NCBI GenBank assembly: GCA_964633955.1
Contig: CAZWIA010000002.1
Span: 8,026 to 72,025 of the forward strand
Direction of reading: 5' to 3'
Length of the DNA stretch: 64,000 nucleotides
Origin: an uncultured Candidatus Peribacteria bacterium
GTDB taxonomy: Bacteria > Patescibacteriota > Gracilibacteria > Peribacterales > Peribacteraceae
Below the pieces are notes generated by a model. It made no database searches. It was not told where the DNA came from and saw only the letters and a list, made by a program, of their open reading frames with translations. A program made the position numbers and the translations under genes. Positions 24,748-33,744 of this stretch are shown piece after piece; positions within the stretch are counted from its first letter, which is position 1, and every line of letters begins with the position of its first letter.

Positions 24748-25881
24748 ATGGAGACGCGGAATATGGTACAATGGCAGGAAATGCACATCGAAATCCGCAT
24801 GCCCCGTCCGATCGTCTCTCTCCTGGCCGTGAGCGCGGTTGCGGGCGGCCTGGCCTGGATGCAGTGGCAGGATAACGCGCCGGCGGAATCCGCGGACTAC
24901 CGGGCGCAGCTGGTTCAAGCGCGCGCGAGCGCGCCGGTGGCAACGGCGCAACCCGCCGTGCCGCCTCCCTACGCGGCGTACCCCATGGTCATGCCGTTCC
25001 CCATGCCTTACCCCGTGGCCATGGGCCAGGCAAATCCGGCGGCGCAACCCTCCGGCTGGCCGTTCCCCCCGGCCGCCGCGACGGCAGCCGTGGTACACAC
25101 GGATCCATCCGCGCCCGCAGACACCGTCACCCGCACCGTGCAGGCGGAGTCCGCGCGGGCCGCAACTGAGCTCTCCATGCGGGAGCGGATTGTGGAGCAG
25201 GAGATCCTGGCCCGCCGGCAGGAGCTGCTCACGGAGCAAGTGAAGCTCCTGGAAACGGAGATGCAGGCTCGCGGCACGCTGACGCCGGAGGAACGTGAAG
25301 CGTTCCTGGGAAGCGTACGAGCGCTCACGTCGCTCCTGGCAGACCGCTTGGGATCAGAGAAGCTCCTCAAGGAATCCCTGGCCCAGATGTGGCAGGCGGA
25401 AGCGGAGGCACAGCGCATCACGCAGGACGACCGGGGACCGGCTGCCTCCGCGCTCCGCCTGCGCTGGCCGGTGGATCCGCTGTCCGGCATCTCCGCCTAC
25501 TTCCGGGATCCGTCCTACTTCAAGCGCTTCAAGTTCCAGCATGACGCGGTGGATATCCCCGTTCTGCAGGGCAGCCCCGTGCGCGCGGCAACAGACGGCA
25601 TCGTGGTGAAAGTGCGGGACAACGGCTACGGCTACAACTCCATCACGCTCCAGCACGCCGGCGGCGTCTCAACGCTCTACGGCCACGTGACCCGCTTCCT
25701 GGTTTCTGAGGGGGACGCGGTGAAGGCCGGCCAGCCGATCGCGCTCTCAGGCGGCCGCCCCGGCACGCTTGGCGCCGGACTCATGACCACCGGCCCGCAC
25801 GTGCACTTCTCCGTCTTCAAGCGCGGCCAGGCGGTGGACCCGCTGCCGTTCCTGCCGCCCGTGAGCCAGTACGTGAAGTAG
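24748..25881 (+). CDS. M23-family peptidoglycan endopeptidase with N-terminal TM segment and coiled-coil region
   Basis: The C-terminal LytM core is HDAVDIPV..GSPVRAATDGIVV...GYGYNSITLQHAGGVSTLYGH...GDAVKAGQPIA..G...TGPHVHFSV. Confidence 0.85.
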   Translation: METRNMVQWQEMHIEIRMPRPIVSLLAVSAVAGGLAWMQWQDNAPAESADYRAQLVQARASAPVATAQPAVPPPYAAYPMVMPFPMPYPVAMGQANPAAQPSGWPFPPAAATAAVVHTDPSAPADTVTRTVQAESARAATELSMRERIVEQEILARRQELLTEQVKLLETEMQARGTLTPEEREAFLGSVRALTSLLADRLGSEKLLKESLAQMWQAEAEAQRITQDDRGPAASALRLRWPVDPLSGISAYFRDPSYFKRFKFQHDAVDIPVLQGSPVRAATDGIVVKVRDNGYGYNSITLQHAGGVSTLYGHVTRFLVSEGDAVKAGQPIALSGGRPGTLGAGLMTTGPHVHFSVFKRGQAVDPLPFLPPVSQYVK

Positions 25882-25888
25882 CGGGCAG

Positions 25889-25945
25889 CGGTGAGCGATG
25901 AGCGATAGTGGTCAGTGGTTAGTGATTAGTGATTAGTAGCGAGCA
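25889..25945. repeat. one-armed heptamer array (AGTGRTY flavour) overlapping the dgt stop
   Basis: GTGAGCGAT GAGCGAT AGTGGTC AGTGGTT AGTGATT AGTGATT AGTAGCG. The last units encode ...ATNH-stop of dgt on the minus strand. Confidence 0.6.
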
Positions 25946-27023
25946 TCGCATACTGCGCCTTGGCCTCGTCGTCGGTCATGCCGGCCACGTAGTCCTTCAC
26001 CGCTTCCGGGAGCGTGCTGCCCGTGCGCTGCTGGATCTCCAGAACCTGAGCGGGCGGATCAGCAAGGTAATCTGAGCAGAGCGCGTGGATCATCGTGCGG
26101 ACGGGCTCCATGGTTTCCACGATCTTCGGATGGTTGTAGAGGTTCCGCAGGAGGAACTGGTAGTACTCCTGCATCACCGCCTTCATGGCAGGTGAATACG
26201 CCACCAGCTCCTCCGGCTGACGATGGTAGATGTCATCGATGCTCTCCGGGTTGGCCGCTTGAATCCGCTCACTCGTAGTCCGCATCATGTCTGCCAGCAG
26301 GACGCCGTTGATTCCGTGTCGCACTACTGTGCGATGGACGCCGATCCGTACGCGCGCCGCACGCCCGAGTTCCAGCTCCTGTATCTGTTCCAACGTGATG
26401 AGCCCGGAACGCAAACCGTCCTCCGTATCGTGCGCCAAGTAGGCAATACGATCGCAGATGTCCACCAGCTGTGCCTCCAGCGTCCGAGCGTGTCTCAGTT
26501 GGCGGTGTTTGAGGAGTCCTTCCAGCACCTCGCCATTCAGGTTGAGTCCCGCCTTGCTTCCTTCCGTGCGGGGTTCCAGCCGGGAGACGATCCAGTGGCT
26601 CTGTGAGTTGTGATCGAATTTCAAGCCATGCCCCTGCATCCACTCATTCAGCGCCGCCTCGCCCACATGGCCGAACGGCGGGTGGCCCAGGTCATGCGCC
26701 ATGGCGATGGCCATTGCCAGATTCCGGTTCAACCTCAATCTCTCCGATCCAGCACTCGAATAGGCCATGCTCGTGACTTCCACCGTGTGTGTCAGGCGCG
26801 TGCGGTACTGGTCCCGTGTCCCCGCTATGAACACCTGGGTCTTACGGCCCAACTGCCGGTACGCATCGGAAAATACTACCCGTTCCCAGTCATGCTCAAA
26901 AGGAGGACGATCGTCATCCGGTGCCACGTACTCTTCTTCTTTCCGCCCGAGCGTCCCGGCAGCAGGTACCGCGTAGGGCGCCAGCTGCGCTTGTTCCCGT
27001 TCCAGGCGAGAGGCCAGATCCAC
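25926..27023 (-). CDS. dgt: dGTP triphosphohydrolase-like HD-domain protein
   Basis: FEHDWERVVFSDAYRQLGRKTQVF, RLTHTVEV and AMAHDLGHPPFGH motifs. GTG start. Confidence 0.88.
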   Translation of the reverse strand: MDLASRLEREQAQLAPYAVPAAGTLGRKEEEYVAPDDDRPPFEHDWERVVFSDAYRQLGRKTQVFIAGTRDQYRTRLTHTVEVTSMAYSSAGSERLRLNRNLAMAIAMAHDLGHPPFGHVGEAALNEWMQGHGLKFDHNSQSHWIVSRLEPRTEGSKAGLNLNGEVLEGLLKHRQLRHARTLEAQLVDICDRIAYLAHDTEDGLRSGLITLEQIQELELGRAARVRIGVHRTVVRHGINGVLLADMMRTTSERIQAANPESIDDIYHRQPEELVAYSPAMKAVMQEYYQFLLRNLYNHPKIVETMEPVRTMIHALCSDYLADPPAQVLEIQQRTGSTLPEAVKDYVAGMTDDEAKAQYAMLATNH

Positions 27024-27032
27024 AGGGGCGGC

Positions 27033-27060
27033 ATTGTACGCCGGACAGGTTGGATGACAA
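27033..27060 (-). promoter_or_regulatory. sigma70-like promoter TTGTCA-16-TACAAT ending 9 nt before the dgt GTG start (leaderless candidate)
   Basis: On the minus strand the -35 is at 27060-27055 and the -10 at 27038-27033. The start codon is at 27023-27021. Confidence 0.5.
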
Positions 27061-27241
27061 GGCGCCGGTTTCCGGACACGTCCAAACGACCGTTGCGTGG
27101 CTGAGCTCTATTCCCTGGAATCCCAGGTGGGTGACCGCAGCCCTACCTCCACGGAGGAGAGCGATTAAGCCTCCCTTAGAGCAGGTCAGGAAAAAAGCAT
27201 ATGGCCACCTGACGTATCGTCCAGACTCCGCTGAGGGTAAC

Positions 27242-27257
27242 AAAAACCGCTGCGGTT
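27242..27257 (-). terminator. short stem-loop plus T-run downstream of the GT4 gene
   Basis: The minus strand reads AACCG-CAG-CGGTT-TTTG. The stem is weak. Confidence 0.35.
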
Positions 27258-27275
27258 GTCGATGAAAATAGAGCG

Positions 27276-27351
27276 CGAATATGGAATGCCGAATGTCGAC
27301 TGTGGATGCTTCCTCTGCCTCGACATTCCATATTCCACATGCAACATTCGG
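27276..27351. repeat. heptamer-array hairpin (GAATRTS flavour)
   Basis: The left arm GAATATG GAATGCC GAATGTC GAC pairs with the right arm TCGACATTCCATATTCCACATGCAACATTCGG. Includes the 9-bp core GAATGTCGA/TCGACATTC. Confidence 0.7.
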
Positions 27352-27358
27352 TCGTCCA

Positions 27359-28468
27359 TCACGCCGCGCAACCCAATTCCCGGTACGCCCGCTCCACGGC
27401 CTCCCGCATCCGCCCGCGAAACTGATCCGCATGGAACGGCCGCGCATGATGGCGGATGCGCTCCGGGTCAAACACCCGCTCTTCAAACCGGCCAATGGCA
27501 TCCGTCACGGCGTCCACGGTCTGCTCCGGGAAGAACACGCCCGTGATCCCGTCCTGCACCGTGTCCACCACGCCCCCGCGGCCGTAGGCGATGACCGGCG
27601 TGCCGCACGCCTGCGCCTCCATGGGGATGATGCCGGCATCCTCCAGCTGCGGCGTGAGGAGCGCCTTGGCCCGGCCGTAGAGGGACGGGAGCTCAACCTC
27701 CGGCACGTAGCCCAGGAATTGTACCGTGGGACCGGCCATGGCGCGGAGCCGCCGCTCGTCCTGCCCGGTTCCGGCAATCACCAGCGGGAAGCGGAGGGTA
27801 TTGGCGGCCCGGATGAGGAGATCAAACCGCTTGTAGGGCACCAGCCGGCCAATGGCCAGGTAGGCGCTCCGCTGCTCCATGGAGAGAAGCGGCACGCGGT
27901 AGAAGGCGTCCCCCGCCGGCGGCAGGATCACCTGGGCGTCCCGGGCGTAGGTGCGCCGGACGCGGTCGGCGCTCTCCGTGGAGTTGGCAAGGAAATGGTC
28001 CACCCGCGCGGCCGTGGTGAGATCCCAGCGCCTCAGCCGCTTGAGCTGCCGCCGGACCGTTCCGCGCAGGAGCCGCGGCACGCGGAAGTCCCGGAGGTAC
28101 TGCTCCTCCATCTCCCAGGCGTAGCGCATGGGCGTGTGGCAGTAGCAGACGTGGAGGGCGTTTGGCGGCGGCACGATTCCCTTGGCCACCGCGTGGGAGG
28201 AACTGAGAATGACATCGAATCCCCGCAGATCGATCCCCTCCACCGCCCGCGGCATGAGCGGCAGGAGGACCTGGTGGTTGCCGGTCAGGCGGTACAGCCG
28301 CTGCAGGGGCGTGACGCGGATGTCCCGATCGGCCAGCGGCCCGAGCGCACGCGGCCGCGCCACCGTGGTGAAGAGCGGGGCTTCCGGCCAGAGAGCCGTC
28401 CATTCCCGCACGGCGTGCTCCGCTCCGCCGTAGACCGTGAGCCAATCGCAGACGATCGCCACGCGCAT
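27359..28468 (-). CDS. GT4-family (GT-B fold) glycosyltransferase
   Basis: 369 aa. N-terminal MRVAIVCDWLTVYGGAEHAV and a C-terminal GTGQDE...E.FG..P.EAQACGTPVIAYGRGG core. Confidence 0.85.
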   Translation of the reverse strand: MRVAIVCDWLTVYGGAEHAVREWTALWPEAPLFTTVARPRALGPLADRDIRVTPLQRLYRLTGNHQVLLPLMPRAVEGIDLRGFDVILSSSHAVAKGIVPPPNALHVCYCHTPMRYAWEMEEQYLRDFRVPRLLRGTVRRQLKRLRRWDLTTAARVDHFLANSTESADRVRRTYARDAQVILPPAGDAFYRVPLLSMEQRSAYLAIGRLVPYKRFDLLIRAANTLRFPLVIAGTGQDERRLRAMAGPTVQFLGYVPEVELPSLYGRAKALLTPQLEDAGIIPMEAQACGTPVIAYGRGGVVDTVQDGITGVFFPEQTVDAVTDAIGRFEERVFDPERIRHHARPFHADQFRGRMREAVERAYRELGCAA

Positions 28469-28514
28469 GGGGAGAGAATAGCGAATATTTCAGGTATTTC
28501 GAGCAGACCGGACG

Positions 28515-28570
28515 GGTGACGAGGGCCCTTGTCACCGTTTATCCCCTTTCCGCCCTTGTCGCCCTTCCGT
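28515..28570. repeat. GGTGACAAGGG-flavour palindrome plus a CCCTT-unit array
   Basis: GGTGACGAGGG|CCCTTGTCACC followed by GTTTATCCCCTTTCCGCCCTTGTCGCCCTTCCG. Same flavour as the arms at 40982 and 41531. Confidence 0.6.
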
Positions 28571-28594
28571 TCGCAGCACAGCAGAACATGGGCT

Positions 28595-29569
28595 ATGCAA
28601 GGGCGTCCCCGGCCGGACTCCGTTACACTGGCCGCCGTGCCCGCGCGCAAGAAGCACCCCGCGCGGCGGACCGTCCGCCGCTCCACTCCCAGAAACGCCA
28701 CGGCCGTGCGGACGGTGGTGGCCCGCCGCCACGCCCGCACCGCGCGCCTGCGCCGGGAGAGGGCGCTGCGGTGGCAGCGCCGTGCCGCGCGCGGGTGGAA
28801 CCAGCTGCGCGCGACCGTACGCCGGTGGTGGCTCACGGCGCTCATTGCGGGAAGCGCCCTGGCGATGGTCATCATCCTCTTCTCCCCGCTCCTGCAGGTG
28901 CGGGAGATCCGCGTGAGCCGGAAGGACGCGCGGCTGGATGTAGAGGCGGTGCTCCGGGCGCTCCAGCCGCTCTTTGGCCGGCACTTGCTGCTCGTGACGG
29001 CGGGAGACGCGGAGGCGCGGATCCGGTCCGTCCTGCCGGACGTGGCGGCCGTACGGCTGAAGCGCCACGCGCCATCCCGCCTGGCCGTCACGGTGGAGCA
29101 GGAAGCGCTTGCCGCCCGCATCACGCTGCACCCCGTCCGGCAGGAGGCGGCCGGCACCGGCGCGCAGGCGGTTCCCGCAGCCGAACACCACTACCTCACC
29201 GTGAGCGGCCTCTACGTGCGGCTGCCCATTGCCGCCTCCGGCGCCCTGCTTCCGGAAGTGAAGGTGACGGACATTCCCGCGCTCCCGCAGCCGGGCACGC
29301 GCTTGGTGCCGCCGGAGCTCCTCACGCGCATGCGGGAGGCCGAACGGATCCTCACGGAGGAATTTGGCGCCGCGGTGCCCTACCGCACCATCCACGTGCG
29401 GGCACGGGAGTTCCACCTGAGCGTGGGCCGGTGGAGCCTGTGGTTTGACCTCACAAGCCCCCTTTCAGACCAGCTCAGCCGCTACCGCACCTTCCTCCAG
29501 TCCCCGGGTGTCCGGGAGGCCAGCCAGTACGTGGACCTGCGGCTGGCCGGGATGATCGTATACCGATAG
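28595..29569 (+). CDS. ftsQ: FtsQ/DivIB-like cell-division protein (basic N-tail, TM, POTRA)
   Basis: Arg-rich cytoplasmic tail, TM segment WWLTALIAGSALAMVIILF, and a POTRA-like VREIRVSRKD...LLLVTAGDAEARIRSVLPDVAAVRLKRHAPSRLAVTVEQ. Confidence 0.6.
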   Translation: MQGRPRPDSVTLAAVPARKKHPARRTVRRSTPRNATAVRTVVARRHARTARLRRERALRWQRRAARGWNQLRATVRRWWLTALIAGSALAMVIILFSPLLQVREIRVSRKDARLDVEAVLRALQPLFGRHLLLVTAGDAEARIRSVLPDVAAVRLKRHAPSRLAVTVEQEALAARITLHPVRQEAAGTGAQAVPAAEHHYLTVSGLYVRLPIAASGALLPEVKVTDIPALPQPGTRLVPPELLTRMREAERILTEEFGAAVPYRTIHVRAREFHLSVGRWSLWFDLTSPLSDQLSRYRTFLQSPGVREASQYVDLRLAGMIVYR

Positions 29570-29699
29570 AAAGAACGCCGTATCAGAAGTATGGCGATCG
29601 GAACGCCAAGGATATATTGACAACAAAGGGCCGATCCTTATCATGCTTCGGGTCCAGATACGTCATCTGGATCATCTTTGGCATCACAGGAGCGATCTC

Positions 29700-30161
29700 A
29701 TGTACAAAGTACGGATCACCGTCCTTTCCCTCGTCCTCACTGTCGTGGCGGTCAGCCTGACCGTTCCCACGGCCCGGGGGTGGGGGCCCGGAGCCATCAG
29801 TTGCCTCAAATCTGGTGATATCACAAGCATGACCGCTGTGGCTCCATGCTGCAACGCGCCCGACAAGGCAAGTGGCCACGTGTATTACTGGGTGGACTGC
29901 TCAACCAAGGGCAACCAGGTCTGTCAGACCTGCCTCCTGGTTATGCATTTTCGCCTGGATGGCCAGGACTGGATCTTCCAGCACTCATCCATGGAAGACA
30001 AAACAGGGCAGTGCCAACTGACCCCGCATGACAATGATTACGCATGGCAGGCAACTTTTACGCACGCCAGCTCCCACAAGACCCTGGCGTACCTCTATAG
30101 CGAACCATGCAGCCAGAACGGCAATCTGTTGGATCAAGATGTGGTCTACTGGTCGCTGTGA
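29700..30161 (+). CDS. secreted Cys-rich hypothetical protein
   Basis: Signal peptide MYKVRITVLSLVLTVVAVSLTVPTARG and 11 Cys in the remaining sequence. CAGGAG Shine-Dalgarno sequence. Lower GC by eye. Confidence 0.5.
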   Translation: MYKVRITVLSLVLTVVAVSLTVPTARGWGPGAISCLKSGDITSMTAVAPCCNAPDKASGHVYYWVDCSTKGNQVCQTCLLVMHFRLDGQDWIFQHSSMEDKTGQCQLTPHDNDYAWQATFTHASSHKTLAYLYSEPCSQNGNLLDQDVVYWSL

Positions 30162-30197
30162 CCAGTGGCGTTCCCCGCGTCGAAAGAGGAGCCGATC

Positions 30198-30761
30198 ATG
30201 AAGAAGAAGAGCTGGATGATTGAGGTCTTTTTGGTGGCGGGCATCATGTGCCTCATCGCCACGTCTGCGCTCATGCCGCGGAACACCACGGCTGAGGAGC
30301 AGCCCACGCCGCCCCACAAGGCGGCCCAAGCCCCACCTTCACCCATGCAGCCCAACACCGGCTACCGCCGGTTCCATGTCCCCAATCGGAATCTGGAGTG
30401 CCCAAACGGCCTGGTGCAGTTCTCCGTCATTACGGAGTTCTGGCACGGGTCACGGCTAGCCCGGATTCCGGAACTGGAGATGGTCTACCTGGAGGTAGAG
30501 GTGTTCGGGAAGAAGCAGAACATCATGGAGGATACTCCGTTCTACACACAGAAAACCCCCATGGTCTTTGTCCCTCAACTGGGGGGGGACTACTTCTCCG
30601 TGGAGGAAGTCCCATTCAGCTTTCCCATGCAGCCCGGGAAATACACGATCCGGGTGAGCATGAAGAGCCCCATCCCGGAAACCCGTATCCGGGGGGAGGA
30701 CAGGGAGACTACCCCTGCCACCATCCTCAAGAGCACGCTCCTGAACGCAGAGGTTCAGTAA
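30198..30761 (+). CDS. membrane-anchored hypothetical protein
   Basis: MKKKSWMIEVFLVAGIMCLIATSALM anchor. AAGAGGAG Shine-Dalgarno sequence 7 nt upstream. No family recognised. Confidence 0.5.
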   Translation: MKKKSWMIEVFLVAGIMCLIATSALMPRNTTAEEQPTPPHKAAQAPPSPMQPNTGYRRFHVPNRNLECPNGLVQFSVITEFWHGSRLARIPELEMVYLEVEVFGKKQNIMEDTPFYTQKTPMVFVPQLGGDYFSVEEVPFSFPMQPGKYTIRVSMKSPIPETRIRGEDRETTPATILKSTLLNAEVQ

Positions 30762-30778
30762 TGCGTGATGCCATCCTG

Positions 30779-30809
30779 CCGGGGAGCCTTGCGGCTCCCC
30801 GGCGTTTTT
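30779..30809 (+). terminator. rho-independent terminator of the two-gene cassette
   Basis: CCGGGGAGCC-TTGC-GGCTCCCCGG followed by CGTTTTTG. Confidence 0.75.
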
Positions 30810-30914
30810 GTGCGGCGGCGCTACCAGATGACAACACTAAAGGCCCATATGTTCGCCGTAAAATCCGGCCTACTGCTTCGCGGACGGGGGGAGTGCGGGT
30901 AGAATCCAAGCCTC

Positions 30915-31775
30915 ATGGTGCTCCCCGTGCTGTCTGTGCTGCTTTTGGGCATGGTGCCGGCCGTCCTGCCGGGCTTGGACGCGGCGCAGATCGTTCCGCC
31001 GGACATCGCCGCGCCAAGCGTTCTGGTGGACCACCCGGAGGAGTGGACGGATCCGCTCACCGCGTCCGGCGTACTGGTCTTTGATCTTCTGAGCGGCCAG
31101 GACGTGGCGGGCCGCGCCACGGACGCCCGCATGCCCATCGCCAGCCTCACCAAGCTCATGACGGCGCTCATCATCGCGGAGACGCACGGAATGGAGGAGA
31201 TCGTCACCATTCCCCAGGCCGTGAGCGGCGTAGAGGGCCAGACCGTCCGCCTCATGCCCGGTGAGCGGTACACGGTGGGAGACCTGCTCACGGCCACGCT
31301 GGTGCAATCCGCCAATGACGCGGCGGTAGCGCTGGCCCACTACCACTCCGGCTCCGTCCCCGCCTTTGCAGAAGAGATGAACCTGCGCGCCGGGATGCTA
31401 GGGCTCCGAGGCACGGCCTTCCGGAACCCGACGGGCCTGGATGAGCCGGGGCACTACTCCACGCTGCGGGACCTCAAATGGCTCTCCGTAGCCGCGCTGC
31501 GCCACCCGGAGATCCGGTCGCGCATGGGACGGCCGCAGGCCACCATTGTGAGCCGGGACGGCCGGACGGTTACCCTCCACCACACGCACGCGCTGGTGAA
31601 GCCGGAATCCGCGGTCCTCCTGGGCAAGACGGGCACAACTCCCTTGGCAGGCCAATGCCTGGTGTCCCTGGTGCGGGGCAGCAGCCGTACGTACGTGGTC
31701 ATCCTGCTCGGCTCGCGCGACCGGTACGCGGACATGCGCCGCGTCCTCAGAGATATCGCCGCCCTGCCTGTCTAG
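30915..31775 (+). CDS. D-alanyl-D-alanine carboxypeptidase (S11 / PBP5-like)
   Basis: SxxK (ASLTK), SxN (SANDAA) and KTG (KTGTT) motifs in the canonical order. Confidence 0.88.
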   Translation: MVLPVLSVLLLGMVPAVLPGLDAAQIVPPDIAAPSVLVDHPEEWTDPLTASGVLVFDLLSGQDVAGRATDARMPIASLTKLMTALIIAETHGMEEIVTIPQAVSGVEGQTVRLMPGERYTVGDLLTATLVQSANDAAVALAHYHSGSVPAFAEEMNLRAGMLGLRGTAFRNPTGLDEPGHYSTLRDLKWLSVAALRHPEIRSRMGRPQATIVSRDGRTVTLHHTHALVKPESAVLLGKTGTTPLAGQCLVSLVRGSSRTYVVILLGSRDRYADMRRVLRDIAALPV

Positions 31776-31783
31776 CCTGATCC

Positions 31784-32881
31784 ATGCGGACCCCCCTCCT
31801 CCGCCGGCTCTCCGTCCGCGTGCGCATCCTGTGCGCCGCGGCATTTACACTGGGGTCCCTGCTGCCGCCCTACATCCCGCCCGCCGCGGAGGCGGACGCC
31901 GTGGACGAGCTGCCGCCGCCGCAGTTCCTGCTGGTGGAAGACGGCTTCCTCATGAAGACCTCCACGGTGGGAGATCCCGCCTCCCGTCTGGCCTACAGCG
32001 ACGGGCTAGTCCACCGCGTGCAGCCGGGAGAGAGCTTGAACGCGATCGCGCAGCGCTACGGCATTTCCCCGCAGACCATCCGCTGGGCCAACAGGATCAC
32101 GGGCGCCGTGACCGCGGGCCAGGAACTGGTCATCCTGCCGGTGGACGGCGTGCTGCACACGGTCACGCGCGGCCAGACGGTTGGACGGATTTCCCAGCTC
32201 TATAACATCCCGGCGGAGGAGATCGCCAAGCAGAACCGCATCAAGGGGGGGTTCATCGTGGCCGGACAGCAGCTGGTCATCCCGGGCGGCCGCCCGGTTT
32301 CCGATCCCACCATCGTGGCCTCCAATCCGCCCGTTCAGCCCGCGCCCGGCCAGGACCGCCTGCGGTTTGACGGCCGGCTGCCGGACCGCAACATCGCGCT
32401 CACCTTCAGCCGGCCCGGACAGCCCACTGCTCCACGCGGCAGCGGCGGGCGCGCCGTACCGGGGGCCTCCGCACCCAAGCAGAACGTCCAACCGGTGCAG
32501 ACGGCGGGCCTCCTGCAGATGCCCTGCAACAACTGCTTCTACACCCAGTACTTCCACCGCGGACACTACGCGGTGGACATCCAGACCAAGGGCGGCGGTC
32601 CCATCTTTGCCGCAGAGGGGGGCACGGTCATCCGGTCGGATACCGGTTGGAACGGCGGCTACGGGAACGTCATAGAGGTGGATCACGGCAACGGCCTCGT
32701 CACGCTCTACGCGCACAACAAGGAGCTCTACGTGACGGAGGGCGACCAGGTCAGCCGCGGCCAGCAGATCGCCTGGATGGGCAACACCGGATTCGTGTAC
32801 GGCAAGACGGGCATCCACACGCACTTTGAGGTGCGGCAGAACGGCGTGAAGAAGAACCCGCAGCTGTACTTGAGTGAATAG
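31784..32881 (+). CDS. LysM-LysM-M23 peptidoglycan endopeptidase
   Basis: Two LysM modules (HRVQPGESLNAIAQRYGIS...; HTVTRGQTVGRISQLYNIP...) and an M23 core (HYAVDI...GYGNVIEVDHGNGLVTLYAH...GIHTHFEV). Confidence 0.88.
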   Translation: MRTPLLRRLSVRVRILCAAAFTLGSLLPPYIPPAAEADAVDELPPPQFLLVEDGFLMKTSTVGDPASRLAYSDGLVHRVQPGESLNAIAQRYGISPQTIRWANRITGAVTAGQELVILPVDGVLHTVTRGQTVGRISQLYNIPAEEIAKQNRIKGGFIVAGQQLVIPGGRPVSDPTIVASNPPVQPAPGQDRLRFDGRLPDRNIALTFSRPGQPTAPRGSGGRAVPGASAPKQNVQPVQTAGLLQMPCNNCFYTQYFHRGHYAVDIQTKGGGPIFAAEGGTVIRSDTGWNGGYGNVIEVDHGNGLVTLYAHNKELYVTEGDQVSRGQQIAWMGNTGFVYGKTGIHTHFEVRQNGVKKNPQLYLSE

Positions 32882-32882
32882 T

Positions 32883-32948
32883 GGCAAGTGATCAGTGGTG
32901 AGCATGACGCCGTTCTGATCACTGGCCACTCACCACTGATCACTTGCC
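32883..32948. repeat. heptamer-array hairpin with a perfect 20-bp stem (AGTGRYN flavour)
   Basis: GGCAAGTGATCAGTGGTGAG (32883-32902) is the exact reverse complement of CTCACCACTGATCACTTGCC (32929-32948). It starts 2 nt after the stop codon. Confidence 0.8.
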
Positions 32949-32994
32949 CGTCGCTTCACTGACAACCGCATTTCTGACACACTCCCTGCACTCC

Positions 32995-33111
32995 ATGCGC
33001 GAACTCCTCAAATCCCTCTACAACCTCCGCGTCACCATCCTCACCTGGATCCTGCTTGCGGGCGTCTTCACCATCCTGGCGAACGTCATTGCGGCGGGGT
33101 TGGGCGGATAA
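32995..33111 (+). CDS. possible 38-aa single-TM protein (below the ORF-track cutoff)
   Basis: Read by eye: ATG..TAA encoding MRELLKSLYNLRVTILTWILLAGVFTILANVIAAGLGG. Confidence 0.3.
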   Translation: MRELLKSLYNLRVTILTWILLAGVFTILANVIAAGLGG

Positions 33112-33193
33112 CGCCACTTGCGGGAGTTCAGGAGACGCTGGGGCAATTTGCCCGAATGACTGCAACCCGCTTGTCCTACACCGTCGCGCGGGT

Positions 33194-33484
33194 ATGATCC
33201 CGGCCATGCCCGAGGCCGACGACGTCGCCACGCGGGTTCTACTGGAGCACATGCAGGCCATGCAACGAACGCTCGAAGGCCGGATGAGCGACCTGACTGG
33301 CCGCATGGACGGCCTCTCAGAGAAGATGGACCGCCAGTTCGCCGAGGTGAAGGGTGAGATCCGGCGGCTCGACCGCAAGATTGACGTGCTCACGGCCAGC
33401 GTGGACCAGATTGACGCCCGGCTAGACGCCATCGAGATCGAGAAGTTGCCCGAGCGGGTGAGGGCGCTGGAGGTGAGGCGATGA
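33194..33484 (+). CDS. coiled-coil hypothetical protein
   Basis: Heptad-like DLTGRMDGLSEKMDRQFAEVKGEIRRLDRKIDVLTASVDQIDARLDAIE. The start is uncertain (33194 or 33206). Confidence 0.45.
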   Translation: MIPAMPEADDVATRVLLEHMQAMQRTLEGRMSDLTGRMDGLSEKMDRQFAEVKGEIRRLDRKIDVLTASVDQIDARLDAIEIEKLPERVRALEVRR

Positions 33485-33602
33485 TGAGCGGCTAAGAACA
33501 GGAACACCGCTCTATTGCAACACTATGTATGACCTACTTAGAAGCTACTGGCTGTATCAACATCAACAAAGGGGTGGCGGGCCACGTCGCTCACGAGCGA
33601 CG

Positions 33603-33679
33603 TGGCGGGGCCAACGGGACTCGAACCCGCGACCTCCACAGTGACAGTGTGGCGCTCTAACCAGCTGAGCTATGGCCCC
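33603..33679 (-). tRNA. tRNA-Asp (anticodon GTC), CCA end encoded
   Basis: The minus strand folds as GGGGCCA-TA-GCTCAGCTGGTTAGAGC-G-CCACA-CTGTCAC-TGTGG-AGGTC-GCGGG-TTCGAGT-CCCGT-TGGCCCC-G-CCA. A hairpin CCACGTCGCT-CAC-GAGCGACGTGG lies at and just beyond the tRNA 3' end, its right arm overlapping the CCA terminus. Confidence 0.9.
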
Positions 33680-33744
33680 AGAGATGAAACAACCGAAGAA
33701 TGATCAGTAGCTCAATTGCGCGAAGTCCTGAGTCTTGCCGAAGG

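Noticed and set aside
27061-27275. Possible ncRNA between dgt and the GT4 gene (several short hairpins such as GTCAGG..CCTGAC, CCTGG-AATC-CCAGG and CCTCC-AC-GGAGG)
   Set aside because: There is no match to any RNA family I can recognise. The region is adequately explained by the GT4 terminator plus the dgt promoter. It is kept only as a note.
28516-29448. Alternative-frame ORFs over the ftsQ-like gene (28516..29448 +, 28532..29416 -, 28285..29157 -)
   Set aside because: Only the frame starting at 28595 gives a basic tail, TM segment and POTRA architecture. The others are Arg/Pro/Gly-rich shadow frames.
32956-33507. 183-aa minus-strand ORF opposite the coiled-coil ORF
   Set aside because: It has a Ser/Arg-rich composition without features. 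The plus strand gives a clean heptad-like coiled coil plus a separate small TM ORF. Confidence is low for all of them.
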